This document shows positions 27,198 through 37,128 of a DNA stretch of 64,000 nt, in pieces (positions within the stretch are counted from its first letter, which is position 1; each line of letters starts with the position of its first letter). The notes under the pieces were generated by a model. It searched no databases, was not told where the DNA came from, and worked only from the letters and a program-made list of their open reading frames with translations. Origin of the DNA: a virus (lineage: Duplodnaviria; Caudoviricetes); IMG/VR virus record IMGVR_UViG_3300009037_000003, positions 32,001 through 96,000 of that record; one strand, given 5' to 3'. Made by a program: the position numbers and the translations under genes.

Positions 27198-29470
27198 CTT
27201 ATATACCTCTTCACGCACACAGTTTTCACTCGCTTCTAGACGGACTCTCTTCTCCCAAGGATATGATAGATCGCTGTATAGAGCTAGGGCTCCCTGGAAT
27301 AGCACTCACCGATCACGGAACCATCTCCGGAATGAAAGCTTTCTTCAACGCTGCTAAAAAGAAAAAAATTAAGCCTATCTGTGGGATCGAGGCCTATGTC
27401 TGCGAGCAAGATCCACTGATAAAGGATACCTCTAATAATAAAAGACATCATCTTATCATTTTAGCCAAAAACGATGACGGTATCGAAGACCTCATGCAGT
27501 TAGTATCCGAAACGAATAGACCGGATTATTTCTATAGAAAACCCCGTATCGATCTCAATGGAATTAAGCCATTTGCATCCAGAGGCAATCTGATCGCCTT
27601 ATCGGCTTGCATCGCTGGCGAATTGCCAAGCTCCTTGTTTACGGATTTTAAACATGCTGTTAATATCGGTGGACACGGAGAAAATCTATCCGAGATTCGC
27701 CGTGAACTGCGCAATGACTGGAAGGAAAAGGGCAAGGAGATTATTCTTAAATATCAAGACGTATTCGGTAAAAACAACTATTTTCTCGAACTGCAAGACG
27801 AAGGAATGTCATCGCAGACAATAACAGTTGAATGTTTAAGAACATTGGGGAAGGAGTTGGATGTCCCAACAGTCGCTACAATAGATAGTCATTACTGCAG
27901 GAAGGAACAAGCGGAAGACCAACGAGTGCTACTGTGTTCGCAGCTGCACACAACGATGGCGGACCAGCAGAGAAAACTCGAAGCCGGTGCAGATATTATG
28001 GACTTTTTTGTATCCGATAATTACTATATCCCTTCGTATGAGGAGATGGCGGAAAAATTCACCGCAGCAGAATTGGAGACCACTCTCGCGATAAGTGAAT
28101 CCATTAAGTATAAAAAAGACTTGAATCGTGCGCCGAATATACCAGTATTCGTTAGCGGCGACAAAAAGGGAACGACATCAGACGACTATTTGAAGACGTT
28201 ATGTGTTGCCGGAGCTAAGAAAAAACTTGGCCATCTGACCGACGACAGCAAAAAAACTTATTGGGATAGATTGAACAAAGAGTTATCGGTCGTGCGGGAC
28301 GCCGGTCTAGCAGATTATTTTCTGATCGTATGGGATATATGCAAATACGTCGATAGTTTACAAGCCGCCAGGGGCGTTGGGCGCGGATCCGGAGCAGGAT
28401 CTCTAATCAATTATTTGCTCAACATCACCGGCATCGATCCGATCCAGTATGATCTATATTTCGAGCGATTTTACAATGTTAGTCGAAATATTAAGCCACA
28501 TTTTAATGTTAGCGACCAGATGTCGTACCTAAAATGGCTGGCAGATAGTCATGAAAACATCCGTGGACAAGACTACAAGATCGCCAGAAAACAAGTTTCG
28601 GAATTTATGGCCCAAAGAATTAAGAATGGCGTAGCCTTTACCGAAAAAATGAAAGCCGAAACGGAATGGGTAGACCAAAATAATCCGTCCATGTGGTTTT
28701 ATATTAGAGACCGGCTACAACAGCAAGCTGTCGGCGTCAATATTGATAATTCACACCTAGCTTTTGGGTTGGGGATAGTTGATCAAGTCAAAAATGAAAA
28801 TGTTGTTACCAATCCGGGACACATCAGTTTGCCAGATATCGACCTCGACGTTTCTGTCGAAATCAGAGATACGGTAATTGCGTATCTCATCGATAAATGG
28901 GGATCCGATTATGTATCGCAAATGATCAGCTTTGGTAGATTACAGGGGAAGGCGGCGCTAAAAGAAGTGTTTCGAATCCAGTCCGATACAGTAAAACAGC
29001 TCATGAAGGTCAAATCGCTGAAGGAAGGCAAAAATCCTGACGATATAAGTACAACAGCATTCGATCTGTGCAACACAATAACGGCCGAAATTCCCGACGA
29101 AGCTGCAATTTCAGACGAATTAGAGGTAATGAGGGAAGACGATAATGAGTATGGGATTTTGCGATGGGCATGCGATAATGTAGACACCGTAAGAAAAGCG
29201 TACGAATGGTATAAGCCGTTGTTTGATCAAGCAATGCGGATTGAAGGTACAAAAAAGTCACAATCACGACATCCGGCTGGAGTTGTTATCTCCAAACAGC
29301 CGATCAAGGATTTATTTCCCTTGGTCCATGATTCGTCGCATAAGAATCGCGTTATCGGTGTTGAGATGGCAGACGCTGAGGCTATGGGTGGAGTGAAATT
29401 TGACGTCCTTGGTGTTGTCGCACTCGACAAAATCTGGCACGCTATGTCACTTATAAACTCGAAAGGTTAA
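27194..29470 (+). CDS. dnaE: DNA polymerase III alpha, N-terminal part (PHP, palm, thumb)
   Basis: LHAHSFHSLLDG, TDHG, DSHY, GRGSGAGS, PDIDLD, HPAGVV, KFDVLG, then stop. Confidence 0.92.
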   Translation: MTYIPLHAHSFHSLLDGLSSPKDMIDRCIELGLPGIALTDHGTISGMKAFFNAAKKKKIKPICGIEAYVCEQDPLIKDTSNNKRHHLIILAKNDDGIEDLMQLVSETNRPDYFYRKPRIDLNGIKPFASRGNLIALSACIAGELPSSLFTDFKHAVNIGGHGENLSEIRRELRNDWKEKGKEIILKYQDVFGKNNYFLELQDEGMSSQTITVECLRTLGKELDVPTVATIDSHYCRKEQAEDQRVLLCSQLHTTMADQQRKLEAGADIMDFFVSDNYYIPSYEEMAEKFTAAELETTLAISESIKYKKDLNRAPNIPVFVSGDKKGTTSDDYLKTLCVAGAKKKLGHLTDDSKKTYWDRLNKELSVVRDAGLADYFLIVWDICKYVDSLQAARGVGRGSGAGSLINYLLNITGIDPIQYDLYFERFYNVSRNIKPHFNVSDQMSYLKWLADSHENIRGQDYKIARKQVSEFMAQRIKNGVAFTEKMKAETEWVDQNNPSMWFYIRDRLQQQAVGVNIDNSHLAFGLGIVDQVKNENVVTNPGHISLPDIDLDVSVEIRDTVIAYLIDKWGSDYVSQMISFGRLQGKAALKEVFRIQSDTVKQLMKVKSLKEGKNPDDISTTAFDLCNTITAEIPDEAAISDELEVMREDDNEYGILRWACDNVDTVRKAYEWYKPLFDQAMRIEGTKKSQSRHPAGVVISKQPIKDLFPLVHDSSHKNRVIGVEMADAEAMGGVKFDVLGVVALDKIWHAMSLINSKG

Positions 29471-29473
29471 AAT

Positions 29474-30205
29474 ATGCTCGATCCATGGTTTTACGATGTA
29501 GAGATCGCTGGAACACGAGTGGTTCCGGGCGTTGGCTCCCCCCACACCGAAGCACAACTTGTGGCCGACGCTGAATATAAAAGAGATATTTTAGTACAAC
29601 AGATTGTCGAAAGATACGATTTTAAGAGCAAAAGTGTGCTGGATATTGCATCGAATTGCGGCTACTGGGGGCTGGAATATGCGAAACAGGGGGCAACCCG
29701 TTACCTCGGCGTTGAAGGAAGACCGTTGTTCATCGACCAGGGCAATATGCTATGGAGCGAACAGTCGCCAAAATGTAACTGGCAGTTTCTGCAGGGCGAT
29801 ATCAACAGTAACGATACATGGAGTAAAATAAGAAGTCACGGAAAATTCGATTTTTGTTTGTGTGCCGGAATATTGTATCACATAGTAGATCATTGCACTT
29901 TGCTAGATCGTATACTTGAAGTAACAGACGATACTGTCCTTGTAGACACAAGAGTGAGTCCGGATAACGATCCGAAGACGAAACCGTTCATAGAAAGAGG
30001 AAATTGGGGGTTTGACGGAATCCATACCAACGGAAAACCCGCAACGGCGTCGCACCCGACCAAGCAGGTATTGATTAGATATTTTGAGAATAAATCGTTC
30101 GACGTTGAGGAAATTCGAGCGACTAAGCCAGTACCATTAGATATGGCAGCTAATGATAACTACGACGCGGGAAAACGAATAACTTTACTGTGCAGAAAAC
30201 GATAA
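29474..30205 (+). CDS. class I SAM-dependent methyltransferase (DUF1698/CmoB-like)
   Basis: VLDIASNCGYW, GVEGR, FDFCLCAGILYH. Confidence 0.85.
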   Translation: MLDPWFYDVEIAGTRVVPGVGSPHTEAQLVADAEYKRDILVQQIVERYDFKSKSVLDIASNCGYWGLEYAKQGATRYLGVEGRPLFIDQGNMLWSEQSPKCNWQFLQGDINSNDTWSKIRSHGKFDFCLCAGILYHIVDHCTLLDRILEVTDDTVLVDTRVSPDNDPKTKPFIERGNWGFDGIHTNGKPATASHPTKQVLIRYFENKSFDVEEIRATKPVPLDMAANDNYDAGKRITLLCRKR

Positions 30206-30229
30206 GAGTGGTATCGAAAAGGGAATAAA

Positions 30230-31417
30230 ATGAAAATTGTAAAGCTAATCGCTGAGAACATCAAGATTTTGAAGGCAATCGAGATAACTCCTGACGGAGC
30301 AACGGTTTGCGTCGGAGGCGATAACGCGCAGGGCAAAAGTTCGGTACTAGACGCCATCGAATATGCACTTGGCGGCGAGGCCTCTATTCCAGAAAAGACT
30401 ATTAGAGACGGTCAAGAAAAGGCAAAGATCGTTGTCGATTTGGGAGACTTAGAAGTCACCAGAACATTTACTACCAAGGGGACGCGACTTGTTGTAAAAA
30501 ATAAGGACGGCTCAACATTTAGCAGCCCACAAGCGGTATTAAATAAGCTGTTCACAACGCTCACCTTCGATCCAATGCAGTTTCTGCACACAAAACCTCA
30601 GGATAGAGTTGGAATTCTCAAAAGATTAATGAACATAGACTTTACATCGCAGGATGCAGAATACAAAAAGTTGTTCGAAGAAAGAACTGCGGTGAACCGA
30701 GAAGGCAAAGATCTGCGAGCCAAGATCGACGGCTTGACAAGACATAACGTTCCGGCAAGCGAAGTGTCCGTCAGTGAATTGACATCGCAATATTCCAGCG
30801 GTATGGCCATCAATACGGAGCTTGAAAACAAGACCAGACGGCTCGGTTCACTGGAAACAGAACTGGCATCATTACTGCAGAAAGTTTCAGAAACAAAAAC
30901 CAAGATAGAAGAACTTAAGATAGCCATAGCGGCGACAAAGCCAGTCGACATAACTTCCTTGTGGCAACAAATCAGTACGGCCGAGGAAACCAATAAGAAA
31001 ATTCGCGAAAATAAGCAGTACGACTATCTATCCCAAAAGCTGACCGCTATGCGAACGAAATCGCAAGAATTGACAGACCGACTAGAGCAAATCACTTCCG
31101 ACAAAGAAAGTGTGCTAAAGAACGCAGAATTTCCCGTTTCTGGCTTGGGATTTACCGAAAACGGCGTGACTTTTAATGGCGTCGACTTCGAAGAATGTTC
31201 GACAGCAGAACAACTAAAAGTATCTGTCGGCATAGGATTAGCGATGAATCCGAACCTACGAATCCTGCTGGTCAGAGAAGGGTCGTTGCTCGATAAAAAG
31301 AGTCTAGGCTTAATCGCTGAGATGGCCGAAAAGCACGATGCACAGATCTGGATCGAGCGAGTGTCCAAAAGCGAAGAGTGCCAAGTCATCATCGAAAATG
31401 GACAAATAGTGTCGTAA
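30230..31417 (+). CDS. SMC/Rad50-like coiled-coil ATPase
   Basis: GDNAQGKSSVLDAI, long coiled coil, STAEQ signature, LLVREGSLLD. Confidence 0.85.
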   Translation: MKIVKLIAENIKILKAIEITPDGATVCVGGDNAQGKSSVLDAIEYALGGEASIPEKTIRDGQEKAKIVVDLGDLEVTRTFTTKGTRLVVKNKDGSTFSSPQAVLNKLFTTLTFDPMQFLHTKPQDRVGILKRLMNIDFTSQDAEYKKLFEERTAVNREGKDLRAKIDGLTRHNVPASEVSVSELTSQYSSGMAINTELENKTRRLGSLETELASLLQKVSETKTKIEELKIAIAATKPVDITSLWQQISTAEETNKKIRENKQYDYLSQKLTAMRTKSQELTDRLEQITSDKESVLKNAEFPVSGLGFTENGVTFNGVDFEECSTAEQLKVSVGIGLAMNPNLRILLVREGSLLDKKSLGLIAEMAEKHDAQIWIERVSKSEECQVIIENGQIVS

Positions 31418-31418
31418 T

Positions 31419-32336
31419 ATGATCAATACCGTATTCATAGAGCTAACGAACAACTGCTGCTCTTCCTGCAAATCGTGCCCACAGTCAATAGGACTGTCTA
31501 GACCAAAGGGGTTCATGGACTTCGATTTATTCCGAAGAGTCGTTGATCAAGCATGGACGATGACCGATACGATTAATTTCTCATTTTTTGGAGAACAGTT
31601 GTTGCATCCGAAGTTCGTTGACTGTATGGAGTACGTTAAAAAACGACCAAAAGGCAAAAAGATTGTCATATTTTCCAATTTCCTATGCATGACAGATAAG
31701 GTTATGAAAGCCCTGATCGATGTCGAACCGGCTAAGGTATGTATCAGTATCAATGCGATATCTCAGCAATCGTACGACGAGGTTAGGGGCGGGAAATACT
31801 GCTTAGATCTTGATGGTAATATCCATGTGTCAAGTTTTTTTGATATTTTAGTTGACAAGGTCCGACGATGGTTCACAGTTAAACATCCTAGGACTAGACA
31901 TGAATTTGTGGTTAGTAGTTATACAGTAGACTATGTAGAACCATTCGTTAAACAGTGGTTGCCTCTATTGGGGAAATCCGATGATATTCTGCTCAAACGG
32001 ATCCTCACGTACGGCGGAGTTATGCCGAAAGACGCAATGACTACTTGCTCGTCGTGCAAAATGTGGAACGATAATTATCTAGTCGTAAGCTGGGATGGAT
32101 TAGTTAGTCCGTGTTTTCTTGATAATGGCATGAAACTGGTCATTGGTTCCGCAGTAGACACAACATTGGAGCATATTCAAAACGGCACAATGCGCAATAA
32201 TATTCGCAAAGCGGCTATGGCTAGAACAATAGAACCGTGTGTGAAATGCTGCGACGCGTCACACTCCATCGATACTGTAGTCTACAGGAAAGGTGATACT
32301 TACACGGAGAAGACAAGCAAATGGCGACAGCAATAA
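31419..32336 (+). CDS. radical SAM/SPASM protein
   Basis: IELTNNCCSSCKSCP (Cx3Cx2C), FGEQLLHP, C-terminal C...DGLVSPC...IG...CVKC. Confidence 0.88.
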   Translation: MINTVFIELTNNCCSSCKSCPQSIGLSRPKGFMDFDLFRRVVDQAWTMTDTINFSFFGEQLLHPKFVDCMEYVKKRPKGKKIVIFSNFLCMTDKVMKALIDVEPAKVCISINAISQQSYDEVRGGKYCLDLDGNIHVSSFFDILVDKVRRWFTVKHPRTRHEFVVSSYTVDYVEPFVKQWLPLLGKSDDILLKRILTYGGVMPKDAMTTCSSCKMWNDNYLVVSWDGLVSPCFLDNGMKLVIGSAVDTTLEHIQNGTMRNNIRKAAMARTIEPCVKCCDASHSIDTVVYRKGDTYTEKTSKWRQQ

Positions 32337-33214
32337 TTACACCAGTTGGTAATGAAAAGGTAGAAGATTTGGTCGCTATGTACCAAGATGTCAGAACCAT
32401 TGGTGATTGTCGATGGATAGTTGTTGTTGACGAGTCGACAAACCGATTATGTCGGGATTATTTACTAGAGATACAAAACCAAGACACGTCGATCGATTGC
32501 GTGTGCAACACTGGGCGAAAAAGGGGAGTTGCAGGAGCATATGTTGCTGGTAATCGACGAGCGATAGAACTAGTGGCAGATAAGATTATCGAAGTCGACG
32601 TCGGACATCCAGTGCGTTTAGTCCCAAAGATTCTTAGATTGTTAGATGAATATCCAGTAGTTTTTGGCACTAGAATGGCCAAGGCCGGAGGCGACTCACG
32701 GGCTAGCTGGTATCGAAAATTGATCAGCGGACTAGGGACTATTATGTCTAGGAATATCCTTGGTATGAAATTCACCGACTGCACATCTGGATTCCAGGGG
32801 TACAGATTGCAAGTAGCACAGTTAATGCCATTCGACGACTTTGTTTCAACAGGGCATTTTTATCAAACAGAGTTTAAATACTATTGTAGATCATTGGGTT
32901 TTGCAGAAATACCTTTTATATACAATGGTGGTAGGACGTCGTTACGAGCAAAAGCAATACTCAAAGCATTTTTACAGTTTGTCAAATTACTTATTAAGCA
33001 TGACGAGAGTAACTGCATAACAATGCCAATCGATTTGTCGGTAGAAGAAACTGAGTTATTGACCTCCATTAAGGAAGATGTCAATTATTTCATAGGCAAA
33101 GAAAGAATGTTATGTCCACCTATCCTAGCCACACGTCTTAATGTGCTACTTAGTAAGATTAAAAAATTACTTGAGGAGAAGATAGATGATGTCGGTGACC
33201 GTCGGCGTAATTAG
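32321..33214 (+). CDS. GT2 glycosyltransferase, Dpm1/polyprenol-phosphate type
   Basis: IITPVGNE, VVVDES, GVAGAYVAG, VFGTR, DCTSGFQGY. Confidence 0.8.
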   Translation: MATAIITPVGNEKVEDLVAMYQDVRTIGDCRWIVVVDESTNRLCRDYLLEIQNQDTSIDCVCNTGRKRGVAGAYVAGNRRAIELVADKIIEVDVGHPVRLVPKILRLLDEYPVVFGTRMAKAGGDSRASWYRKLISGLGTIMSRNILGMKFTDCTSGFQGYRLQVAQLMPFDDFVSTGHFYQTEFKYYCRSLGFAEIPFIYNGGRTSLRAKAILKAFLQFVKLLIKHDESNCITMPIDLSVEETELLTSIKEDVNYFIGKERMLCPPILATRLNVLLSKIKKLLEEKIDDVGDRRRN

Positions 33215-33872
33215 TTGCAATAGGCCAGAACATTTAAGAGCAAGTCTCCGCACAATAGCTTCGCAAACAGTTGCGCCGGACGAAGTTATCATTGCTGACT
33301 GCAGCGATAATTTGACAGAGATTCAAGATGTCGTTATCGAGTTCGAGAAAATCAGCGGGATTCAGTGCCAGCTGAAATGGCGACGGAAGGATCAGATAAC
33401 TAGATCTCAGGGGAGACAATTATCTTTAGGAACGGCGGCATCTCCCATACTTATTTCTACGGAATGCGACATACTTTGGCCTACTGATATCGTAGAAGAA
33501 TCTATGAAGTATTTCCAACAGAGAAAGAAGATCTACGTTCAGCCATGGATTGCAGCATACGGATCGGACGGGAAACTAAGTCCTGTCATCAAGAATCACA
33601 GATGCGGGTTTTACCAGATGTTCTGGAGAAAAGACTTTGAGGCTATCGGTGGGTACAATCCACTGCTAACTGCGGGATGGGGATTCGAGGACGCCGATCT
33701 AAAGGAACGAATGATTGCGTACGGATGCAGTGTGGCGATAGTCGAAACGGTTGTAAAACATCAGTATCATCAAAAATCGGAATCGAATGATACCAATACG
33801 ACTAATCAAAAGATTGCCAGGAATAGTTACTTTGATCAAACCACAAAAACATGGAAGATGAGATGTCCGTAA
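33186..33872 (+). CDS. GT2/GT7-like glycosyltransferase
   Basis: NRPEHL, VIIADCS, ECD, IGGYN...GWGFEDADL. Confidence 0.82.
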   Translation: MMSVTVGVISCNRPEHLRASLRTIASQTVAPDEVIIADCSDNLTEIQDVVIEFEKISGIQCQLKWRRKDQITRSQGRQLSLGTAASPILISTECDILWPTDIVEESMKYFQQRKKIYVQPWIAAYGSDGKLSPVIKNHRCGFYQMFWRKDFEAIGGYNPLLTAGWGFEDADLKERMIAYGCSVAIVETVVKHQYHQKSESNDTNTTNQKIARNSYFDQTTKTWKMRCP

Positions 33873-34594
33873 ATACTGACGTTACGATCATCATTAAGAC
33901 ATTCGAAAGACCGGAATGCCTCAAACGATTAGTTACGAGCATTAGACGGTACTATCCACTAATAAAGATTATTATAGCCGATGACAGTAAAACTCCTGCT
34001 ACATTGCAGGACGAGAACATAGAAATATGTACCATGCCGTTTGCATCCGGCAATTCAAAAGGTAGAAATTTCGCAGTCGCTAGAGTAAAAACGAAATATT
34101 TCATGACCCTAGATGATGATTTTATTTTCACCGAGAAAACTTCGTTGCGGAAACGGTATGATATTCTTGAGACGACGGATATCGATTTAGTCGGTTCAAA
34201 TGTCGACGACGGACAGAAAAGGCCGGGGATGCTTATTCGCATAGTAGATAAATCGCTTTATCGATGGCCTGGATCGAACGGTAGTTCATCGGGGTATCAG
34301 CTTTATGACTATGTGCCGCAATGTTTTATGGCAAGAACCAAACAGTTTGCCGATGCCGGAGGGTGGGACGACGATTTTTTGGTTTGGGATCATCTTGTAC
34401 TTTTTTTGAGATTATTAGGCAAGCTTAAAATTACAATGATACCAGAAGTCGATATTCTCCATAGGCAGGAATCTGGCAAATTGTACAAAGAGCATCGCTG
34501 GGGAGTCCGGCTCCAGAGGGATAGGCAACTGTTGACGACTAAATACGGTTTGATCGAGAAACCACCATTAATGGCGCCGAGAGAAGACAAATGA
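33863..34594 (+). CDS. GT-A glycosyltransferase resembling beta-1,4-GalNAc transferase (B4GALNT/GT12)
   Basis: VTIIIKTFER...SIRRYYP...IIADDS...MPF...GRN.AV..V.TKY...DDDFIF...DLVG. Confidence 0.8.
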   Translation: MSVNTDVTIIIKTFERPECLKRLVTSIRRYYPLIKIIIADDSKTPATLQDENIEICTMPFASGNSKGRNFAVARVKTKYFMTLDDDFIFTEKTSLRKRYDILETTDIDLVGSNVDDGQKRPGMLIRIVDKSLYRWPGSNGSSSGYQLYDYVPQCFMARTKQFADAGGWDDDFLVWDHLVLFLRLLGKLKITMIPEVDILHRQESGKLYKEHRWGVRLQRDRQLLTTKYGLIEKPPLMAPREDK

Positions 34595-35325
34595 AAAATA
34601 TTTGGATGTACTGGGACAATTACCCTGGGCAAACTACTCCGACATACATACGATTATGCCATGAAACGATTCGTCGGCACTGTTCCAAAAACTTGCAGAT
34701 TAATATCGTGACAACAGAGAATGTTAGAGACTTCTTACCACAGATCGATAATAAATTTTTTGCCATCGCACAGATCAATAACAAGTCGAATTATTTACGA
34801 TACAAGCTACTTAGTGAATTCGGTGGTATCTGGTTAGATTCGGATTTCATTTGTGTCGAAAATCTTGAACCGATGACAGAATTGTTGTATGACGGAATTG
34901 AAGTTGTCGCCACGGCAAGTCTTGGGTTGAAATACGGTGAACCAGAATGCGGGTTTCTAGTGTCAACTCCTGGTAACCAAATAATCAGGAGCGCCATATC
35001 GTATGTCGAACATATGATAGACCTTTATCCGCCAGGACACATATTTCCATGGGGGTCTCTCGGTCCTGCTGCGATCAGGCAGGCGGTTAAGGGTAGAAAA
35101 TATCATCATTTGGACAGCAGACTGACTATGCCTATTCCATCGTGGGAGGCTCATAGGTTCGGTACGTCGGAGTCTCTAGAAAGACTTTGGCCGGGATTTT
35201 ACGGGATAATGTTATACCATCAAATGTTCAAGCAGGAGAAAAGTCCGATACTAACAATGAGCGAAAACGAATTAATGACGTCGCCGCTACTTATATCTCA
35301 AATTTTCAGGAAAGCAGTATCATGA
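34591..35325 (+). CDS. GT32/capsular polysaccharide synthesis-type glycosyltransferase
   Basis: IWMYW, SNYLRYKLLSEFGGIWLDSD, LGP. Confidence 0.85.
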   Translation: MKNIWMYWDNYPGQTTPTYIRLCHETIRRHCSKNLQINIVTTENVRDFLPQIDNKFFAIAQINNKSNYLRYKLLSEFGGIWLDSDFICVENLEPMTELLYDGIEVVATASLGLKYGEPECGFLVSTPGNQIIRSAISYVEHMIDLYPPGHIFPWGSLGPAAIRQAVKGRKYHHLDSRLTMPIPSWEAHRFGTSESLERLWPGFYGIMLYHQMFKQEKSPILTMSENELMTSPLLISQIFRKAVS

Positions 35326-36149
35326 CTTCGTGCAATGAAGAACGAATGTGTTTTTTGACCGTAGCGAATCTAGCTTATCAACACTATATCCCGTGGTATA
35401 TTCTTTTTCTGAACAGAGCTTATCCGCAGGCAAAAAAAATTGTACTGTTAGACAGTAATATATGCGAACACATCAAAAAGAACCTCGATTCCGTCGGAAC
35501 TAATAATTGCGAAATACGCGAATATGCATTTGGTAAGCATAGGTCGGTTGACGGTAATGCGATTAAAATTTTGAGGTGGCTATACTACGAATCATTCCTA
35601 GAAGATTATGATTGTGTTGCTATCGGCGATGTCGATCTTGCGATATGTCGAGAATCACCCTCTTTTATGGAGCAGCATCTTCGGCATTGCGATAAAACGG
35701 GATTGCCATACAGTAATTACGTTAGGAAGTCTAATACAAACCTTAAGCCTAGGATGAGCGGGATGCATGTTATCAGACCTAAAAGATGGTTTGCCGCCGT
35801 TCTCTCAATCATAAACGAATATCGAGAAAAGTTACACACGATAAAGCTATCGAACGAACATATACTATACAGAATAATTGCCGATTCGCCACTTGGTGAA
35901 CCACCAGCAGATCTGTCATCGACATATTGGTCATCTATTGTAACTTCGGCGCATCACGGAATTCATATTCCGATAGCGGTCAATCAGAATGCTATAAAAC
36001 AACTTCGAGCAATTCCAGGATTTATGTATCATAAGTACGAATTCTTGGCATGTATCGATACGAAATCTTTCAAGGAATTGTCTAAAGCTTTCCCTACTAC
36101 CGGTAGAAATTTTGAAGCCGTAAGGAAAATATATCAAAATGAAGATTAA
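35322..36149 (+). CDS. hypothetical protein, possible GT-A glycosyltransferase
   Basis: LRWL...IGDVD DxD-like motif, NEHILY; inside the GT cluster. Confidence 0.55.
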   Translation: MTSCNEERMCFLTVANLAYQHYIPWYILFLNRAYPQAKKIVLLDSNICEHIKKNLDSVGTNNCEIREYAFGKHRSVDGNAIKILRWLYYESFLEDYDCVAIGDVDLAICRESPSFMEQHLRHCDKTGLPYSNYVRKSNTNLKPRMSGMHVIRPKRWFAAVLSIINEYREKLHTIKLSNEHILYRIIADSPLGEPPADLSSTYWSSIVTSAHHGIHIPIAVNQNAIKQLRAIPGFMYHKYEFLACIDTKSFKELSKAFPTTGRNFEAVRKIYQNED

Positions 36150-37095
36150 AACATTTACATTTCATCCTTCGGCACGTCTACGCATGGCTATTCTCGAACC
36201 GACGCTAATCAGACATGGCCATAGTATTGTCAACAGTCTGTCCGAAGCCGATTTGTGTATATTGGATGTTATGCATGTTCATGACGTTCCGGCGGACGTG
36301 ATGGATTCGGTTTGTAATTTTGGCGGCAAAATAGCGTTGTCATCGCTTGGTGACTGGAATTTATTTCGCCTTACGACGAACGACGTTTCAATCCCCGACG
36401 AATTGATAGAAAAAGCATCGGCATTCTTAAAGGTCCAGTGGTCTTGCGACGACAGTATATATGACAGTCGCATAACAAACAAACGAATAACTGTTCAACC
36501 GTTTTTAATCGGTGGAATTCCAGCTCCAACATCGACATACATGAAAAAACCGGTTATTTCGTTTTACGGTTTACCGACTGGTCACCTTGATGTAGAAAAA
36601 AATACCAGGATCCTGGCATGTCGGACACTAAAAAATCATCCTGCTTTCCGTGGAGGTATTACTGGCCAAGAACCGGGCGCGATAAGGAACGGTATTTCCG
36701 ACATCGTTATATCATCAAGGCCTCGTCCTATCTATCTCAACAATCTTAACACTTCGCTTATCTCTCTTTGTTTACCTGGCAACAGTCCTTTAAGCTATCG
36801 ACATTTTGAATCGCTCGGAGTCGGGTCATGTGTCATGTCTTGCGATTTAAACAACTGCAAATGGCTAAATAGAATGACCCCAGGAATCGACTACTATGAA
36901 GTGAAATCAGATTTATCGGACTTACTGGTAGTCTGCGACCTTGCATTGAGCGATATCGCCAGAACCAGAGAAATAGCAATGAATGGGTATGCGCTGTATC
37001 AAGATTATTACCGATTGCAACCGGATAATTCGATGACCGATAATATGTGGAACGATATCTTGCTTCAGTTTCATAGATGCGGCATAGAATTATAG
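36139..37095 (+). CDS. GT-B type glycosyltransferase (GT90/GT1-like C-terminal domain)
   Basis: SLCLPGN...YRHFESL..GS, PGIDYYEVKSDLSDL, IAMNG. Confidence 0.65.
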   Translation: MKIKTFTFHPSARLRMAILEPTLIRHGHSIVNSLSEADLCILDVMHVHDVPADVMDSVCNFGGKIALSSLGDWNLFRLTTNDVSIPDELIEKASAFLKVQWSCDDSIYDSRITNKRITVQPFLIGGIPAPTSTYMKKPVISFYGLPTGHLDVEKNTRILACRTLKNHPAFRGGITGQEPGAIRNGISDIVISSRPRPIYLNNLNTSLISLCLPGNSPLSYRHFESLGVGSCVMSCDLNNCKWLNRMTPGIDYYEVKSDLSDLLVVCDLALSDIARTREIAMNGYALYQDYYRLQPDNSMTDNMWNDILLQFHRCGIEL

Positions 37096-37123
37096 AAAAA
37101 TGGCATTACCGGGAAGGTATAAT
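37095..37123 (+). promoter_or_regulatory. putative promoter gAAAAA-N17-TATAAT, probably giving a leaderless dnaE-C mRNA
   Basis: A5 37096-100, TATAAT 37118-23, ATG at 37129. Confidence 0.55.
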
Positions 37124-37128
37124 CTAGC

